Shown one piece after another: positions 31,541 to 34,744 of a stretch of DNA of 34,744 nucleotides; position 1 is the first letter of the stretch, and each line of letters opens with the position of its first letter. The notes beneath the pieces were generated by a model. It was given only the letters and a program-made list of their open reading frames with translations, had not been told where the DNA came from and did no database searches. The stretch lies in contig JAQUAA010000001.1 in assembly GCA_028687495.1 (NCBI GenBank), forward strand, positions 1 to 34,744. Direction: 5' to 3'. A program made the translations under genes and the position numbers. The DNA comes from Minisyncoccota bacterium. GTDB lineage: Bacteria > Patescibacteriota > Minisyncoccia > Minisyncoccales > RBG-13-42-11.

Positions 31541-34123
31541 TTAATTGTCAACTGGGTAGAAGGCCACGAGCAAGGCTCCGGGCCCAGTATGGGTCGCCAC
31601 CACCGGAGAAACGGGGGAAACGAAAGAAACTTTTATTTTTGGCAGTTTTTCAAGCTCCTCTTTCAGTTTTTCGGCTTCTTTCAAATTATCAGCATAACCA
31701 ATGGCTGCTCTTATTTCTCTTCCCTTTCTCAGTAAGTCTATTTTTTCGGCTAAAATTCGGGAAACATCTTTGCCGAAATTAATTCCGAAAAATTTGACTC
31801 TGCCGTTTTTCAATCCGACGACCAGTCTGATTCCCAGCTTCTGCATGAAATAAACCGGTTTAACCAGGATTTTGGGCAGTTTGAATCTTCCGCCGCGGAC
31901 CACGTAATGGAAATCGTTAATGCATCCCAAAAGAGTGATCTTGGGACAGAATTCTTTCAGTTTCTCCACTATTTCTTCCGTTTTTTCGCCCTGGGAAATT
32001 AATTCTTGGGTTTTCATGACGACCAATCCTTCGCCGACTTCGGCGGTAAAACAATCGAAAACATAAAGATTCAATTTCGCCGGTTTTTTGTAAAAGGATC
32101 TGGCGATTCTGGCTGAGCTGTAAGCTCCGGAAAGTTTTGAAGAAACGGTGATGATCAATATTTTTTCAAACTTTTCCAAAGCTTTTTGATAGGCTGAAAG
32201 ATATTCCTTGAAAGAAGGAGCCGAAGTAGTGGGAAGAGATCTTCCTTTATTGAGCGCTTCTTTCATTTTTTTGTAGATTTCCTCTTTTGAAGTTATGAAC
32301 TCGCCGTCAGGTAATCTGGTAGTGAAAGGTACTTCGGTAATGCCGTATTTCTCCAGGAAGTCTCTTGGCAAATCGGCGATTTCATCAATCACCAATCCCA
32401 AGGGTTTCTTTTCGGTTTTTTTCATCTGAGATTCCATGTCTTCAACCCGCAATTCGATTTCCGGGAAGTCCCTGATCTTTTCCGAAACTGACTCGGGCGA
32501 GTTTGTATGAATATGGAATTTTATTTTGTCTTCCGATTCCAAAACTTCCAGACTGTCGCCCAAAGACGACAATTCTTTTTTCAGATCTTCCGCATTGGTT
32601 GCCGGCGTTTTTCTGAATAGGGCAACCACTTCGTACCGGTATTTCAATTTTTCTCCCGTTTCAGGCTGGACAATGGGGGAAGTTACTTCGGTTTTGGAAT
32701 TAATGGTAATTCCCTTCAAGCTCTCGATCCAGGCCTCGATAATTTTGAGGAATCCCAGGCCTCCGGCATCAACCACGTCATTCTCCTTCAAAACCTGGAG
32801 CTTCTCTTTGGTCTCCTTAAGCGCGATGTCGCTGACCCTGTGGGCTTCTTCCAAAACCTTGATGATGTTCTTTTCTTTTTTTATTTTTGAAACTTCGAGA
32901 GCTTTTTCTCCCGCCGCCCTGATGACGTCGAGAATCGTTCCCTCAACGGGTTCAGCCACAGAACTCCTCGCTGCCTTAATCCCTCTCTGCATAGCCAAAG
33001 AAAAATGAAAGGCATCGATTGTTTCCAAATGTTTTATCCTGTCTAAAAATTCAATGATGTAGCCGGTGTAAATCATACCCGCATTCCCCCTGGCATTGAT
33101 CATGGCCGCCTCTTTGATGTCCTCGTTAAGTTCTCTGAAGTCGGAATAACTCTTTTGGGAAATCACCCCTTCAACGCCCAAGAGCGTGGCTGCCAGATTG
33201 TAGCCCGTATCTTTGTCGGCCACCGGAAAAACATTGATCTTGTTTATTTCTTCCTGGTGCAAGACGATTTTCTTAGAAGCAGCGATCATCATTCCCTTGA
33301 AATCTTCGATGCCGATTTCCAGAACTATTTTTTCTTCTTTTTTGAGAATGAATTTATCTATCGGTTTTTTCGCCATTTTCGCTCCGAATTTAGCTATCTG
33401 CCAGCCGAATTTCGTCGGCAGCCAAATGGGCAGGGTCAGGGGCTTCATGATTTTGGTGACGCGGCTCGGATTTTCTTTTTCTTTTCTGATGATTCTTTTG
33501 ATTCTCAAATCAAAAAGCGCCTCGTTGTTATCAAACAAAAGGCGGTTTCTGATTAGGGCTGATTTATTTTGAGAGGTTTTAATTTCTCTTATCGGACTTA
33601 GTCTTTTAATGAAAATCGGTACCAGAGAAAGCAAGGTAAAGAGACCGGCGGTCTGCAATTGACCGAAATAATAAGAAAGATAAATTGCCACAGCCAAAAA
33701 TAAAATTGTGCCGATGGCTAAATTCCAAATAATGCCCAGGACAATCAGGGGAATAATGGAATAAAGAAGAATCTGGGGAGACAAGGCCAGAAAGACGCCG
33801 GCAAAAGTGCCGATGCCCCTGCCGCCGGCAAACTTTAAAAAAACAGACCAGTTGTGGCCGACAACGGCAGCTAAACCTGAAAAAACCTGCACTTCCGCTG
33901 AAAATCCCAATCTTTGGGCGCCGGAAACGACCAGGTAACCCTTAGCGACATCCAAAAGCCCGGTTAAGATTCCCTGCCATTTCCCGACGTTTTTGAAAAC
34001 GTTGCTGCCCGAAGTTTTTTTCCAGCCGATTTCCAAAACGTTTTTATCGGAAAAACGACCAATGAGATAGCCGAAGGGGATTGATCCTGCAATATAACTT
34101 AAAATTATCCAGATGAAAGACAT
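31541..34123 (-). CDS. Tripartite fusion protein: PlsY-like acyl-phosphate:glycerol-3-phosphate acyltransferase + FakA-like Dak2/DhaL and middle domains + DegV (FakB-like fatty-acid-binding) domain
   Basis: One uninterrupted 860-aa ORF.
- aa 1-175 are polytopic and PlsY-like (IAGSIPFGYLIGR; LLDVAKG; GHNWSVFLKFAGGRGIGT).
- aa ~271-465 are Dak2/DhaL-like (INVFPVADKDTGYNL; ARGNAGM; VVDAGGLGF).
- aa ~490-565 resemble the FakA/YloV middle region (YRYEVVALF...LGDSLEVLESEDKIKFHIHTNSP...RVEDMESQ).
- aa ~575-860 are DegV (LGLVIDEIADLP; TTSAPS; ITVSSKLSGAYSSA; THTGPGALLVAF). Confidence 0.8.
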   Translation of the reverse strand: MSFIWIILSYIAGSIPFGYLIGRFSDKNVLEIGWKKTSGSNVFKNVGKWQGILTGLLDVAKGYLVVSGAQRLGFSAEVQVFSGLAAVVGHNWSVFLKFAGGRGIGTFAGVFLALSPQILLYSIIPLIVLGIIWNLAIGTILFLAVAIYLSYYFGQLQTAGLFTLLSLVPIFIKRLSPIREIKTSQNKSALIRNRLLFDNNEALFDLRIKRIIRKEKENPSRVTKIMKPLTLPIWLPTKFGWQIAKFGAKMAKKPIDKFILKKEEKIVLEIGIEDFKGMMIAASKKIVLHQEEINKINVFPVADKDTGYNLAATLLGVEGVISQKSYSDFRELNEDIKEAAMINARGNAGMIYTGYIIEFLDRIKHLETIDAFHFSLAMQRGIKAARSSVAEPVEGTILDVIRAAGEKALEVSKIKKEKNIIKVLEEAHRVSDIALKETKEKLQVLKENDVVDAGGLGFLKIIEAWIESLKGITINSKTEVTSPIVQPETGEKLKYRYEVVALFRKTPATNAEDLKKELSSLGDSLEVLESEDKIKFHIHTNSPESVSEKIRDFPEIELRVEDMESQMKKTEKKPLGLVIDEIADLPRDFLEKYGITEVPFTTRLPDGEFITSKEEIYKKMKEALNKGRSLPTTSAPSFKEYLSAYQKALEKFEKILIITVSSKLSGAYSSARIARSFYKKPAKLNLYVFDCFTAEVGEGLVVMKTQELISQGEKTEEIVEKLKEFCPKITLLGCINDFHYVVRGGRFKLPKILVKPVYFMQKLGIRLVVGLKNGRVKFFGINFGKDVSRILAEKIDLLRKGREIRAAIGYADNLKEAEKLKEELEKLPKIKVSFVSPVSPVVATHTGPGALLVAFYPVDN

Positions 34124-34129
34124 TTCTTT

Positions 34130-34158
34130 ATTTTACTGTGGACCCAGGCAGAATTGAA
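34130..34158 (-). promoter_or_regulatory. Possible promoter embedded in the 3' half of tRNA-Ala: TTCAAT (T loop)-N17-TAAAAT, 6 nt upstream of the ATG at 34123
   Basis: The minus strand reads TTCAAT (34158-34153, the tRNA T loop), a 17-nt spacer, TAAAAT (34135-34130), aaagaa, then ATG. Confidence 0.3.
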
Positions 34159-34209
34159 CTGCCATCTGCGCAATGCGAATGCGCCGTTCTGCCGTTAAAC
34201 TATGGGCCC
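34139..34209 (-). tRNA. tRNA-Ala (anticodon CGC)
   Basis: Reverse complement: acceptor GGGCCCA/TGGGTCC with G3:U70, D arm GTTT-AACGGCA-GAAC, anticodon stem GCGCA/TGCGC with loop TTCGCAT, and T arm GGCAG-TTCAATT-CTGCC. Confidence 0.85.
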
Positions 34210-34211
34210 GA

Positions 34212-34744
34212 TCATTCCTCGTAATAACTCACCACCAAAGTGCCGGGGCCCCCGTGGCTGGCCAGAGCCAAGGTCATTTCAGTAACATATAAAACTTCCT
34301 TGCCAATTTTTTCAAGCTCTTCTTTCAGTTTAGCAGCTTCTTGGGGAACGTTGGCGTGACTAATGGCAACTTTTATTTTCCCCGCTTTTCCTTTTAATTC
34401 CCTGACAATGGCTTCGATCCTATCTTTGGCCGAAACCTTTATTCCCCCCAAGGTCAGTTTCCCTTCTTTTATGGTTAAGGCGACTCTGATTCCTTTTTCC
34501 TGGAAAAAAGTCATTATCCTGGCTAGGTTCCCGGAAATCCTGCCGCCTGCCACTGCCCAAGATAAGTCCTCCAGAAAAGCGATTGTTTTTATCTTTTTTC
34601 TGAATTGAATCATGCTTGCCAATATTTCCTGAATTTTTCTGCCAACCCTTACCATCTCCTGGGCTTTCATCACTAGTATGCCCTGGGGAACCGAAACCAG
34701 AAGAGAATCAAAAACTTCCACCTTGGAAGACTTTTCGCCGAGCA
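34212..34744 (-). CDS. DegV-family (FakB-like) fatty-acid-binding protein, partial (5' end outside the window)
   Basis: The reading frame is open to the window edge (codons upstream of the listed GTG read LGEKSSK). It carries the C-terminal DegV features VEVFDSLLVSVPQGILVMKA and SHGGPGTLVVSYY. Confidence 0.8.
   Translation of the reverse strand, partial: LGEKSSKVEVFDSLLVSVPQGILVMKAQEMVRVGRKIQEILASMIQFRKKIKTIAFLEDLSWAVAGGRISGNLARIMTFFQEKGIRVALTIKEGKLTLGGIKVSAKDRIEAIVRELKGKAGKIKVAISHANVPQEAAKLKEELEKIGKEVLYVTEMTLALASHGGPGTLVVSYYEE

Noticed and set aside
1-34744. CRISPR arrays, rRNA, tmRNA, RNase P RNA, SRP RNA or other large structured RNAs.
   Set aside because: There are no spaced direct repeats. 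The longest unassigned intergenic stretch is about 170 nt (25139-25308), and it is explained by a terminator, a promoter and the rny leader.
1-34744. Alternative genetic code (UGA recoded as Gly or Trp, as in some candidate phyla).
   Set aside because: All conserved genes are intact under the standard code. TGA is also used as a genuine stop, for example at the RluA-family gene (8326-8328) and at clpP (27001-27003).

Overview
This is a very gene-dense bacterial chromosome segment read in the standard genetic code. I saw no rRNA, CRISPR array, transposase or integrase. I call 35 protein-coding genes (two partial at the window edges) and 16 tRNA genes in seven small clusters, plus promoter-like and terminator-like sites that I read by eye.

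Housekeeping genes:
- Replication, transcription and translation: gyrA, nusA, infB, rbfA, rpsA (4 S1 domains), rplS, and an RluA-family pseudouridine synthase.
- Proteolysis and RNA turnover: ftsH, clpP, an HtrA-like protease, and rny.
- Other: a membrane H+-pyrophosphatase.

Accessory content:
1. A roughly 9.6-kb co-directional type IV pilus cluster at 13734-23339. Gene order is sensor kinase, single-domain response regulator, pilB, pilC, a FimT/GspH-PilV-PilW-PilX-like minor-pilin module, pilM, pilN, pilO, and a small membrane protein. There is no secretin, major pilin, PilD or PilT in the window.
2. Two paralogous VirB2/TrbC-like small 'pilin' proteins. One carries an FN3-like ectodomain. 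It sits in an operon-like string with clpP and a PKD-domain surface protein.
3. An 860-aa ORF that appears to fuse PlsY, a FakA-like Dak2/DhaL module and a DegV (FakB-like) domain. A second DegV gene lies next door. I consider this the most interesting object in the window: a possible one-polypeptide route from scavenged fatty acid to lysophosphatidate.

At the nucleotide level, three patterns recur:
- -10 hexamers (often TGn-extended) sit 6-9 nt upstream of the ATG of operon-leading genes, which is a leaderless-mRNA signature.
- tRNAs abut coding genes with gaps of 1-30 nt.
- Perfect bidirectional terminators sit at convergent junctions.

The overall content suggests a reduced-genome Patescibacteria/CPR-like organism: minimal IF-2, a secretin-less pilus cluster, VirB2-like pilins, a lipid-scavenging enzyme and small overlapping genes. 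That assignment is inference only; no database search was possible.
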